From contig NW_003314270.1 of assembly GCF_000143415.4 (NCBI RefSeq), positions 124,001-188,000 of the forward strand: a stretch of 64,000 nt of DNA. Direction: 5' to 3'. A program made the translations under genes and the position numbers. The notes beneath the pieces were generated by a model. The model was not told where the DNA came from. It did no database searches and saw nothing but the letters and a program-made list of their open reading frames with translations. This DNA comes from Selaginella moellendorffii. Taxonomy: Eukaryota > Plantae > Lycopodiophyta. Shown here one piece after another: positions 1 through 9,833 of the stretch (position 1 is the first letter of the stretch; every line of letters starts with the position of its first letter).

Positions 1-33
1 AGCCATAGCAAGGATTATTTATTTTATTCAAAC

Positions 34-2276
34 TATGAGGTCCAAATATACGGCTATGATGCTGTATCTTAATATTAGTATAGTGAGATTTTAGTAGCTA
101 TTGGATTGATTTCAATTTGGACTATTCGCTTCTATATATAAGCTAGAGCTTTTAAGTTAATTGATATAGACATTTTTTATATTCTTTTTTTATATTCCAT
201 GCACTCACATCAGTGGAGTTGAGGGGTATTTTTGATTGTCCTTGAGGAGTGATTTTGGCTTAGATTTAGCTTTTACAGCGTTTAGATCTAATTTTTTCCA
301 TTTTCTATCTTTTATTCTTTCCTTTTAGGATTTTGGTTTAAATTTAGCTTTTGCATTGTTTAGATTTTCTTTTCCTTCTAACTTATTTCATTTCTTTTCT
401 TTTGCTATTTTCTTTTCATTCATCTTCATGGCAAAACAATAGTCTTCTCCTCCTTTGACTTTGAAACAATAGTTGGTGTAATTATTTGATATTGTGTGAT
501 TGCAATTGAATAACTAAACTCAGTTGATGGCAGCATTCACAACACATGGTACAGTTCCTCCTACTCTTGGTGCCAATCCTGGCATTCGGCTAAAGTTCTT
601 TCAAAAAAACTTAAGGATGATGTGTACCATTGATTCAATCATTTTATAGTGATTGCCATATATCATTTTTGGGATGATGCTCGACATTGGCATGGGTCTC
701 CCATATATCTTTAAGGGATGGCGCTGTAGTGGTATAATGGTTTGAGCACAGTCACTCGTGAGGATTAGAGTGTTCTCTCGGACATCTTCAAATGTGCATT
801 CGAACATGCCAACGATTGTGATGATTAATGATGGTCACTCAAAGAGATCAAGATTTTACATGCAAATGTCAAGGAGATGTTGGAAAAGGGTGTTATTCGA
901 AAGTCGCGAAATCCTTGGCATGTGAACTTCATCTTGTGATGAAGCCTAATGGGAGTATTCATTTTTGCATCGATTATCATCAATTAAATGAAGTGATGAT
1001 CCTAGATGTGTATCCTCTTTTTCACACTGCTAATCTCTTGGATTGTCTAGGGAGAAGTTGTTAATTCACTAAGCTAAATCTTACAAGTATTGATGGTTAC
1101 TCCCCCTTGTGTTATGGAAGGATGGTTGGGAGTCAATTATAGTTTCTTGTTTGTTTGAGTTTTGGCATTTGATCTTATAGGACCTTTTCCACAATCGACT
1201 GCTACCAATGAGTATGTTATTATTGCTTCTGACTACTTGATTCGCTGAGTGGAAGTTGAAGCTTTTGCTAGTGCCTTTACAACTATTATTAGGTACTTCC
1301 TCTTCAATCAAGTGGTGTTTTAGCAATCTTGTCCAGAGTGGATTCTTTCAGATAATGGTCCCATATTTATAACTGAGGCATTTTATATTTTAACATCTCA
1401 GTTGGGGATACATCACACTTTTATGAGTGTTTATCATCCATAAATAGACGGTTTGTTATAATAGCTCGTTCGGACATTTAAAAGGATGATCACAAAATAT
1501 GTAAACTTTCAGCATTTAGATTGGGATGGTTATTTGCCATTTTTTCTGCATGTATATGTTATAGGGGTGTAGAGTTCTATTGGTGCTTCACTATAAAAAT
1601 TCTTATATGGTCATAATCCAATATAACCAATAGAGTTGGGTTTACCTTTGTGATTACCATGAGTTGCCGATGCTAAGTCGTGGGATTAATATTTGATGAG
1701 CATTCTTCCACTTATCTAAGCAAATCTGCCAAATATCTAAACTGTGTACAAGTGGGACAACAATGGTGCTATAACTTCTACCATCATCCACCTGTGGAGT
1801 ACAAAATGGATGAATTGATGTTAGTTTGTTTTCCCCATCTTATAGTACATGGTTTCTTTAAAGGGCTCTTTTCTTAGTGGAAAGGATTGTATTGGGTGTT
1901 ACGGCAAGTTGGACCACAAGTTTAAAAGGTTCGGCATGACATCCAATAAATCAATCCTCCAGAAATTATATATGTATAGCAGTTAAAATGCTTCATACAA
2001 AAGGATCAGGAACAATTGGTACCACATACAAATCTACCAATGCCTCCTCTTAATGTTCCTTTAGATCTTGGTTTATCTATGAGAGAACCCTGATAGTCTT
2101 CTATCATTCTGAGAGGAGGGGATGATATGAGGTTTAAGTGTACGGCTACAATGTCGTATGCTAATATTAGCATAGTGAGAATCAGATTAGTTTCAATTTG
2201 TACCACTCACTCAGGTTTTTAGGTTAATTGATATGCATATATTCTATATTCTCTTTTTATATTCCATGCATTCACA
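34..2276 (+). mobile_element. Internally deleted, decayed Ty3/Gypsy LTR retrotransposon with both short LTRs (34-209, 2126-2276)
   Basis: LTRs run TATGAGG...TCACA. 4-bp TSD AAAC at 30-33 and 2277-2280. PBS-like sequence after the 5' LTR, PPT GAGAGGAGGGGATGA at 2111-2125. RT remnant (KPNGSIHFCIDY..LNEV..LDVYPL) and integrase remnants carry many stops. Confidence 0.85.
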
Positions 2277-2364
2277 AAACCATATTGAGCTACTTAAAAA
2301 CCTATATAAAAATAAAAACACCATGTATGGAATGAAAACTATACTAACACCAAGATTTCTCACT

Positions 2365-2660
2365 GTTTCCCTGGTTTTTCTTCAAGGAAATTCAAGGGAA
2401 AAAATAAAATCCCAACTTTCGTACAAGCAGTAGCTTATCCAAGTTTGGACAAGCATGTTTTTTTGTTCTTTCCTAGATGTATCACTGACAGAAAACTATT
2501 CCAATGCTCTCTCCAACCATCATAGAAGTGGGAATATAACCTCACAACTTATACTTTTGATGATCAACTAAGAGAAAAAATTGTGCGACACAAATGAGCT
2601 TCTCGCAACACTAAAGTCTTGCAGCAAAAAGTAGGAACTTGAACAGTTGCTATCAAAGAC
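2365..2660 (+). pseudogene. Degenerate copy of the 5' region of the PPR pseudogene at ~9690-10080
   Basis: Shared blocks such as CTAGATGTATCA...TTCCAATGCTCTCTCC and ACACTAAAGTCTTGC...GGAACTTGAACA. Confidence 0.55.
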
Positions 2661-3563
2661 TATTTTGAGAAATGCTATTAAGTTCATAAACCTTTCATAA
2701 TAAGTACCATGAAATATGGCTATCATGTCAAACTGAAAAATGATCTGGGCAACGGGAGTGTGAAAGCCCAAAACCAGGTTGGCTGTAAATTGTTTTGACT
2801 AGTTGGAAGATTTGATTTGAAGATGGTTGAGCCGGATAGGAAGATGAGGTTAATAGGAGCCTGTGGATCACAGAAAGAAAGTAGTAACAACGTGTCCACC
2901 AAGAACTCCTATCCCACATGATTGGTGGTAATCTCTTTTTGATTCTGTGTAAATTTGCCACAAGGAACAATCCTAAGAGCAAGTGCAAGTTAGTATAATA
3001 CATATCACTTGCTATTTAATTACTAAACTTGATTGAATTTGGTCAGAGTATTTACAGCGAGTTCACCTTAGAGTTCAAGTCTGTGGAAGAGAAAAAATGG
3101 GTTGTGAAAATTTGTGGATCTCTGGCTGAGTCGCAATGGAAGTCTATTTTCATCAACCACCAGAGTCAACTCTCTAGAACATTCCACCCATAGATAATAT
3201 CTCACCAGAATCTGGAAAGGTCGAGCAGTGAGAAAAGCCAAAAATTTACTAGGAATTGGTTATTAGGTAAGTGTAATCAGCAAGGACTTTTATCTTTAAG
3301 TAAGGACTATTTAAAGATCAGTCAGTTAGGACTTCCGTTTCTCAAAGCATGCGTTTCAGGTTCGATTCTGGTCGATATTACAAAAGCTAAGATATTCTTG
3401 AGTTATATCTCCTTTGCTGGAGGAATGACCGCACCTCCGTTTGCTCCACATTTTTGTGGAAGAGAAGAATTGGTTGGAGGCTTTTGTGTCGCTGGATAAA
3501 AGTTTGTGGATCTCACATTCCTGAAACAGTACCGTTTATCGAGTATTCGTGCTTGAGCGATTC

Positions 3564-5114
3564 ATGGCGTGGATGGCTATGCCGACGACGGTGCTCAACA
3601 ATCATCCTCCGTCACTGCTCCCTTCTTCCTCAGCTCCTTTGCTAGAAGCTCTCAAGAGAACCGGCGAGGAGCGTGTCGCTGCATTTCACTTCCCAGGCCA
3701 CGGCCGCGGCTCCTCAGCGCCCTCTTCGATTTCCAAGCTTCTCGGAGCTCAACCCTTCCAGTTTGATCTCCCGGAGCTGCCAGGCCTGGATAACTTGCAC
3801 TCGCCACAAGAAGCTATAGCCGAAGCGCAGCAAATGGCCGCCGAGCTTTTCGGAGCAGGGTACTCGTGGTTCTTGGTGAACGGCTCTACGTGTGGAATTC
3901 AAGCGGCGGTGATGAGCTGCTGCAAGCCCGGAGACGTTTTGATCCTCCCCAGGAACGCCCACGTCTCGGCATTCTCAGCCATGGTTCTTGCTGGAGCAAT
4001 GCCTCACTATGTTCTTCCTTGTTATGACGAGCTCTGGGAGATTTCTCACGGCGTCTCCGCCGAGAGCATCGAGTTGGCCATCTTGGATCTGCAGAAAAGA
4101 AAAGACGTGAGAATTGGAGCTGTTCTGATTGTCTCGCCAACTTACTTTGGAGTGTGTAGCCCAGTGGAGGAGATCGCAAAGGTGTGTCACGAGCATGGTA
4201 TCCCGATCATAGTTGACGAGGCTCATGGAGCGCACTTCAAGTTCCACTCGAGGTTTCCTGCAACGGCACTCGAGCAGGGAGCCGACGTTGTTGTCCAATC
4301 CACGCATAAGGTACTCTCGTCTCTTACGCAGTCCGGGATGCTCCATCTTGCGAGAGGCTGCGAGATTGTAAAGCACGAGAGAATTAGCAAGTGCCTTCGA
4401 ACCTTGCAAAGCTCCAGTCCGAGTTACCTTCTCTTGGCCTCTCTCGATGCCGCAAGGGACCAGATGAGTTGTGCAGCAAGCGATGACCATCCATTGTTTG
4501 ATACAGCTCTGGAGCTGGCTTCCACAGCTCGACGACGCCTGAAACAAATCCCACAAGTTTTAGTCCTTGATAGAGAAAATGTGAGCTTGGCAGCCAAAGC
4601 TGATACCATTTTCGATGAGCTTAGGATCACCATTGGTTTGTGGGAGCTCGGAGTCACAGGAACTTTTGCCGATGACTTTCTGTGCGATAAATGCAAGGTG
4701 GTGGCCGAGCTTCCTCTTCTGAACTCCATAACTTTTGCTATGGGAACCGGCACTAGCAGCAGCGACACTGAGAAACTTATCGAAGGCTTTCAAGAGCTTT
4801 TGAGTTCTTCCAGATTGACGATAGATTCTTATTCCAGACCCGGAGTGCCTGATTGTTACAAAATCGGATGGAAAGCACTAGTTAGTCCAAGAGAGGCATT
4901 CTTTGCAGAAACTTACTGCTGCAAAGCTGACGAAGCAGTGGGTCTAGCGAGTGCTGAGCTCGTGTGCCCGTATCCACCTGGTATTTCTGTGCTCTTTCCT
5001 GGAGAGCTCGTCTCGCAGGAGGCTCTTGCCTATTTGAAGCAAGCCCATGCTTCGGGAATTACCATCAGTGGAGCATCAGATCCAACTCTTTCCACACTTC
5101 ATGTCTTGAAGTGA
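3564..5114 (+). CDS. PLP-dependent Orn/Lys/Arg decarboxylase, class I (AAT fold), intronless, apparently intact
   Basis: Motifs FHFPGH, DLPELPGLDNL, LVNGST, PRNAH, SPTYFG, DEAHG, QSTHK (PLP lysine), SSPSY and YPPG. First ATG at 3564 (the ORF track starts at GTG 3549). Confidence 0.9.
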   Translation: MAWMAMPTTVLNNHPPSLLPSSSAPLLEALKRTGEERVAAFHFPGHGRGSSAPSSISKLLGAQPFQFDLPELPGLDNLHSPQEAIAEAQQMAAELFGAGYSWFLVNGSTCGIQAAVMSCCKPGDVLILPRNAHVSAFSAMVLAGAMPHYVLPCYDELWEISHGVSAESIELAILDLQKRKDVRIGAVLIVSPTYFGVCSPVEEIAKVCHEHGIPIIVDEAHGAHFKFHSRFPATALEQGADVVVQSTHKVLSSLTQSGMLHLARGCEIVKHERISKCLRTLQSSSPSYLLLASLDAARDQMSCAASDDHPLFDTALELASTARRRLKQIPQVLVLDRENVSLAAKADTIFDELRITIGLWELGVTGTFADDFLCDKCKVVAELPLLNSITFAMGTGTSSSDTEKLIEGFQELLSSSRLTIDSYSRPGVPDCYKIGWKALVSPREAFFAETYCCKADEAVGLASAELVCPYPPGISVLFPGELVSQEALAYLKQAHASGITISGASDPTLSTLHVLK

Positions 5115-5181
5115 CATCACAAAGATCCAGCTGCAAAGAAAAAAACAAGAGTTAGATAAATGCAAAGTCATAGAAACTTCA

Positions 5182-7173
5182 TTACGTACCGATCACTTCA
5201 AGGTTTTCATTGTTTGAGCCTGAGTATATGTTTGCCATGAGAGCATAAGCTGTACCACCTTGATCGTCAACCTTTGATAGAGCATCAAAGGCTACCTCTC
5301 CAATCACCCCATTTTTCCACTTGAAACAAGCCCCAAGCAAAGCCATCCATATCCTGGAGCACACCTCTTTCATCGGCAGGCTTTCCACCACCGCAAGCGC
5401 ATCCTCCAGCCGATTAGCACGTCCAAGTAGATCAACCATGGAGATTACGTGCTCCACACTCGGACTAAGTCCATAGTCCGAGCACATCGCGTGAAAGTAT
5501 TCCATCCCCTTGTCGACCAAACCAGCGTGGCAGCAGACCGATAGAACTGAAGAGAATGTCACAGCGTCCGGCTTGGCGAACTCTTGCATTCTCTCGAACA
5601 GATCAAACACCGCGTCACTGTCCCCTTGACGGCTGTATCCCGCGATCAGTGCACTCCAAGACACTGCGTCCTTGTCTGGAAACCCATCAAACACTCGCCG
5701 AGATTCCACCATGTCACCACACTTGCCGTAGAAACTTACGAGCGAGTTTGCCACCGCCGGAGAGCTCTCGGCCCCAGCTTCTTCGATCAGACGATGGATT
5801 GCCTGTCCAGCCTGTAGTGCTCCAAGACCACCACAGGCCTTAAGTACCGATGCAAAAGTCTGCGAGTCCGGTTTCAGTCCTTGGAGTCCCATTTTCGAAA
5901 ACTCCTGCAGGGCCAGCTCATGGTTTCCACTCTCGGTGTAGGCTTCGATCATGATGTTCCACGAAACCAAGTCTTTGATCACCATTTTGTCAAAAACTCG
6001 AGCCGCATCATCCAAACTTCCACACCAAGCGTAGAGACTGATCAAGTTGTTTGCAGCGTAAACATCTTCCAGCCCGTCGAGAAACCGGGAATGAAAAGCC
6101 AATGCCTTCTCCAGCGACGCCACTTTCAAGGGCCTTCCATCCACAAGCCGAGCCTCTTCCTTCTCGGCCATATCCAAGCATGCCTGGAGAACGGCCACCA
6201 AAGTTCTCGAGCTGACGACCACGTCTAACGCTTGCATGGCCGTGAATAACTCGAGAGCTCGCTCGGCCTCGCCACCTTTTGCATATCCCATGATCATAAC
6301 ATTCCAGGAGACCGAATCCCGCTCTATCATCCCATCGAAAACTCGCCGGCAATCCAGCAATCTCCCCCACTTTGCATACATATCCATCAGACTGTTGGAG
6401 ACGAAAACGCTGGACGAAATCCCTGTCCCTGTTCTTGCAAACTTCGAGTAAATCTCTCCGCCCCTGTCCAGCCATCCCAGGTTCGTGCAAGCGTCGAGCA
6501 CGGCCACCAGAGTCCGAGCATTCGCCTCCACTCCATCTTCCAAAAGCATAAGCTCAAAGAGCTCCAAGGCTAGCTCGTCTTCCCCTCCTTGCGAGCAAGC
6601 GCTGATCATGGCACTCCACAAAACCACGTCCTTTGTTCCCAACTTGGCAGCCTGGAAAATCTCTAGAGCTTCTCTCACGCTGCCACACTTTCCATAGAAA
6701 TCCACCAGGGCGCTGGCCACGAACCTGTCCACCAAGAATCCACCACTCTGGAGCTGGGAATGAAGAGCCAATCCTCTCTTGAGGCTCCTGAGCTTGATGA
6801 TCCTCCCCTGTAAATCTCTCACCCCCTTTTCTGTAGCGGCCAGCGAAGAACACGCCTGGAGAGCCGCGACGAAGCTCCGGCCGTTTGGATCCAACCCCTC
6901 GGCATGCAGCAGCCCAAAGAACAGAAGCGCGAGATACGGCTGGCCGCACCGTGCGTAGCCGCCGATGACGCAGTTCCACGACGCCGCGGTGCGCCGATCC
7001 ATGGCATCGAAAATGCGGCGTGCCTCATCCATCCTGCCCCGTTTCGCAAATCGATCAATGATTGCGTTGATCAAGCCGATGTTCTTACCGGAGAGGAGAT
7101 CGCGCTCGCGGCGGTCGCCGTTTAGCTGGATTGGAGCCATTTCTCTCACCGCGACATTGATTTGCCCAATCAT
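5182..7173 (-). CDS. PLS-class pentatricopeptide repeat protein with C-terminal E-like motif, no DYW
   Basis: Repeated FYGKCG..EA..IF, DVVSWN.MI.GY and PD..TF.SVL.AC motifs; C-terminal MVDLLGRA...WMALLGAC...AYALMANIY. Confidence 0.92.
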   Translation of the reverse strand: MIGQINVAVREMAPIQLNGDRRERDLLSGKNIGLINAIIDRFAKRGRMDEARRIFDAMDRRTAASWNCVIGGYARCGQPYLALLFFGLLHAEGLDPNGRSFVAALQACSSLAATEKGVRDLQGRIIKLRSLKRGLALHSQLQSGGFLVDRFVASALVDFYGKCGSVREALEIFQAAKLGTKDVVLWSAMISACSQGGEDELALELFELMLLEDGVEANARTLVAVLDACTNLGWLDRGGEIYSKFARTGTGISSSVFVSNSLMDMYAKWGRLLDCRRVFDGMIERDSVSWNVMIMGYAKGGEAERALELFTAMQALDVVVSSRTLVAVLQACLDMAEKEEARLVDGRPLKVASLEKALAFHSRFLDGLEDVYAANNLISLYAWCGSLDDAARVFDKMVIKDLVSWNIMIEAYTESGNHELALQEFSKMGLQGLKPDSQTFASVLKACGGLGALQAGQAIHRLIEEAGAESSPAVANSLVSFYGKCGDMVESRRVFDGFPDKDAVSWSALIAGYSRQGDSDAVFDLFERMQEFAKPDAVTFSSVLSVCCHAGLVDKGMEYFHAMCSDYGLSPSVEHVISMVDLLGRANRLEDALAVVESLPMKEVCSRIWMALLGACFKWKNGVIGEVAFDALSKVDDQGGTAYALMANIYSGSNNENLEVIGT

Positions 7174-7930
7174 CTGATTTTAGGGCTCTTGAGGTTTAGA
7201 GACGAAGAACAAATCCTGACCGTTAAAAACAATCGTAGTAAAATCTGGGCAGATGTGGTGGCGCTCTGGCGGCTATCTGGCGGTGGAGGAGCGGCGCTGT
7301 GGAAAATTTTCATTCAGAGAACTTATATAACTCATGACCATTTTTGGGTTCGTTTTCTTTCTTTTACAGGAAAATAAAATAGTAATAACATTAGGAGGAT
7401 AATGAAAATGCAAAACTGTGCTTGCTCTAGGCAAACTCACTGGATGCCGAGAGAGCGTTCTTGTGAGATTTGATCAGGCCTCCCAAAACCTGGCCGTGTT
7501 TTCGATACGGTCCTGGATCTGCCAATCTACGATCCTTGCCTGGGTACATTTACAGACGAGCAGAGGGACGGGAATGAGCTACCAGTTGTTCTCCTCCCTT
7601 CTTCATTCATAGAAACAGCGCGAGAAATCTCGAACAAAACTCTCCTGTCGATTTTCCTTCCTTGGCCGAGTGGTTTAATCCACCACTGAGCGAACTCCCA
7701 ACACGCAGAGCGCCACTATCGTCCTTGGATCCCACCACGCGGTGGTCGTCAAGTATTTTGGGAAGAGGAGCGCCGCCCCGATCCATCTAGATCCCGTCCT
7801 CTTACCTCTAAAATCGGGGAAGCGCTTCTGCCAAGGACGAAACGCTGGCCTCGGGCAGCGAGAATGCGGGTCGATCCGGGATTTAACAGAGTGCATATGG
7901 TTCAAGTAGATGGTATGATATATTGTTATT

Positions 7931-8160
7931 GGAACCCGGTTGCTGAGATGATGGCTACCAGGTAAGTGTAGAGGTAAACCGGTGTAGAAGACCCGGGTTC
8001 GATGCCGAAGGGTCCAATCAACAAGGACTTTCATGAAAAAATCTTTGCTCTTTAAGTAGCCCTTGTTCTGGTTCGCTAGCTCACTAAAACAACTTAAACC
8101 AGTAAGTTAGGACATCGGTTTCCCAGAGCATGCGTTTCGGGTTCCATTCTTGCCAATGTA
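7931..8160 (+). repeat. ~230-bp dispersed repeat with two tRNA-like A/B-box units (SINE-like or decayed tRNA pair)
   Basis: B-box-like GGTTCGATGCC and GGTTCGATTCT (the latter intact in other copies); tRNA-Glu-like GACCAGTCGGTTAGGACATC. Copies at ~9093, 15460, 17345, 40403, 45058, 49858 and 61000, partial at 3265 and 54620. Confidence 0.55.
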
Positions 8161-8298
8161 AGGATATTCGCATGTTAACCAAAAATGTTTATAATTCTTA
8201 AACTCAAATCAGGATTGAAGAAAACATCATTTAATATTATTAATCATAAAATAATAAGAAAGAGAGCTTTCACTTTATTCCCATCATTTTACCGCTCT

Positions 8299-8584
8299 CT
8301 ATTCTATTTGGATTGTTCTTGGCTGTGGCTTGGGGATCTTTGGAATTGTGACAGTGAGGACACCGTGTTCTACTGTAGCGTTGATCGCCTCCACATTCGC
8401 ACTCTCGGGCAGCCGGAATTTCCGCAAGAAGCTGCCGTGGCTGCGCTCCACGCGGTGCCACTGATCTGGAGAGTGCGGCCGTCCTCCACGCTGATCTTCA
8501 CTTCCTCTCTGCTCACACCCGGGAGATCGGCCTTGAAGATGTGTGCCTCGGGTGTCTCGAGCCAATCCACGCGAGTGTTGGCGA
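8299..8584 (-). pseudogene. 5'-truncated HSP20 copy with 40-bp frameshifting deletion
   Basis: Matches HSP20 at 49264-49683 from ANTRVDW onward. Segment between two AGTGGC microhomologies is deleted. Confidence 0.9.
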
Positions 8585-9030
8585 AGTGTGGCGCTGTCCA
8601 AGAAGCCAGGAAGATCTTCGACGCCATAGCTGACAAAAACGTCTTCTCCTGGAACATCATGATCGGGGCATACGTAAACAATGGCTTGGACGAGCACGCT
8701 CTGGATCTCTATAAGCGAATGGCGCCGGCTCTTCCAAGCGCCGTCACCTTTGTCTCGGTGCTCGAGGTGTGCTCCAGCTTGGTGGACGTGAATTCTCTCC
8801 ATGGCCGGATCAAAGAGCTCGGGCTGGAAACCAATCCAGTCGTCGCCACCGCGCTCATCAACGCGTTTAGCGCTGCTGGAAGCTTGCTCTCGGCGGAAGA
8901 AGCCTTCCACTGCGTGGATTGCAAGGACGCTGTGTGCTGGACGTCGATGATCACCGCATTTGCCAGGAATGGAGACGGCATTGGAGCTCTCAAGACGTTC
9001 TCGCGGATGAACTTGGAAGGTATTTTTCCG
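8581..9030 (+). pseudogene. Internal fragment of a different PLS-PPR gene fused to the antisense HSP20 remnant
   Basis: [14 protein letters not shown]...[12 protein letters not shown]...ALINAF...[13 protein letters not shown], with no own start or end. Confidence 0.8.
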
Positions 9031-9092
9031 GAATTTAACAAAGTGCCATGGATGCCATATGGTTCAAGTAGATGGTATGATATTTTATTATC

Positions 9093-9330
9093 GGAACCCG
9101 GTTGCTGAGATGATGGCTACCAGGTAAGTGTAGAGGTAAACCGGTGTAGAAGACCTGGGTTCGATGCCGAAGGGTCCAATCAACAAGGACTTTTATGCAA
9201 AAATCTTGCTCTTTAAGTAGCCCTTGTTCTGGTTCGCTAGCTCACTAAAACAACTTAGACCATTCAGTTAGGACATCGGTTTCCCAGAGCATGCGCTTCG
9301 GGTTCGATTCTTGCCAATGTTACTTGTAAA
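9093..9330 (+). repeat. Copy of the tRNA-like dispersed repeat
   Basis: Near-identical to 7931-8160. Confidence 0.7.
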
Positions 9331-9833
9331 GCAAAGAATATTCGCATGTCGTTCTGCCGAAGATAAAAAGCTTTTAGTGTCTTCCAAGTCTTCCAGTTTG
9401 AGGCCTGTGTCCTTCCCTCACGTCCTCTAAGAAAGCCAAAGGAACGTTTTGATCGGCTTACCTTTAGAGAAAGCTCTCTTAGAGAAAGCTCTCCAAGCGC
9501 GAGAATGGTCGCGAATTTGGCCAAGTGACTTGAAAAGTGTAGGCATTATTCTGGGGTTCTTTTGGGGAGCTTCGCGATTTGGCGATGGGTAAATGATGCA
9601 TTCCCCCGTGAAAATCCAGAAAACTCGCTACAGTGGGAACAGTAAGATTTCCATCAGCATGGTATGTAGTCTCGTCTAGACTGGTTTTTCTTCGAGGTAT
9701 TCAAAGGAAAATCCTGATGTTCGTATAAGCAGTAGCATTCTGGATCGATGGAAGGAACTACATGGTAGCTGCGGCAGGCAACGCAATTTCCTTGAGAGGT
9801 ACGTGCAATTAAATTCGACAAGGATCTCAAGTC

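Noticed and set aside
3564-5114. Bacterial contamination as the source of the decarboxylase
   Set aside because: Embedded among plant PPR, HSP20 and Gypsy sequences and co-duplicated with them.
3569-7177. Numerous overlapping antisense or alternate-frame ORFs over the decarboxylase and PPR genes (also in their copies)
   Set aside because: Shadow ORFs of GC-rich coding sequence. Their recurrence reflects DNA duplication, not selection.
7418-8034. ORF-like segment repeated at ~15610-16030 and ~50140-50600
   Set aside because: Frames are not preserved between copies and no family is recognisable; at most a decayed gene fragment.
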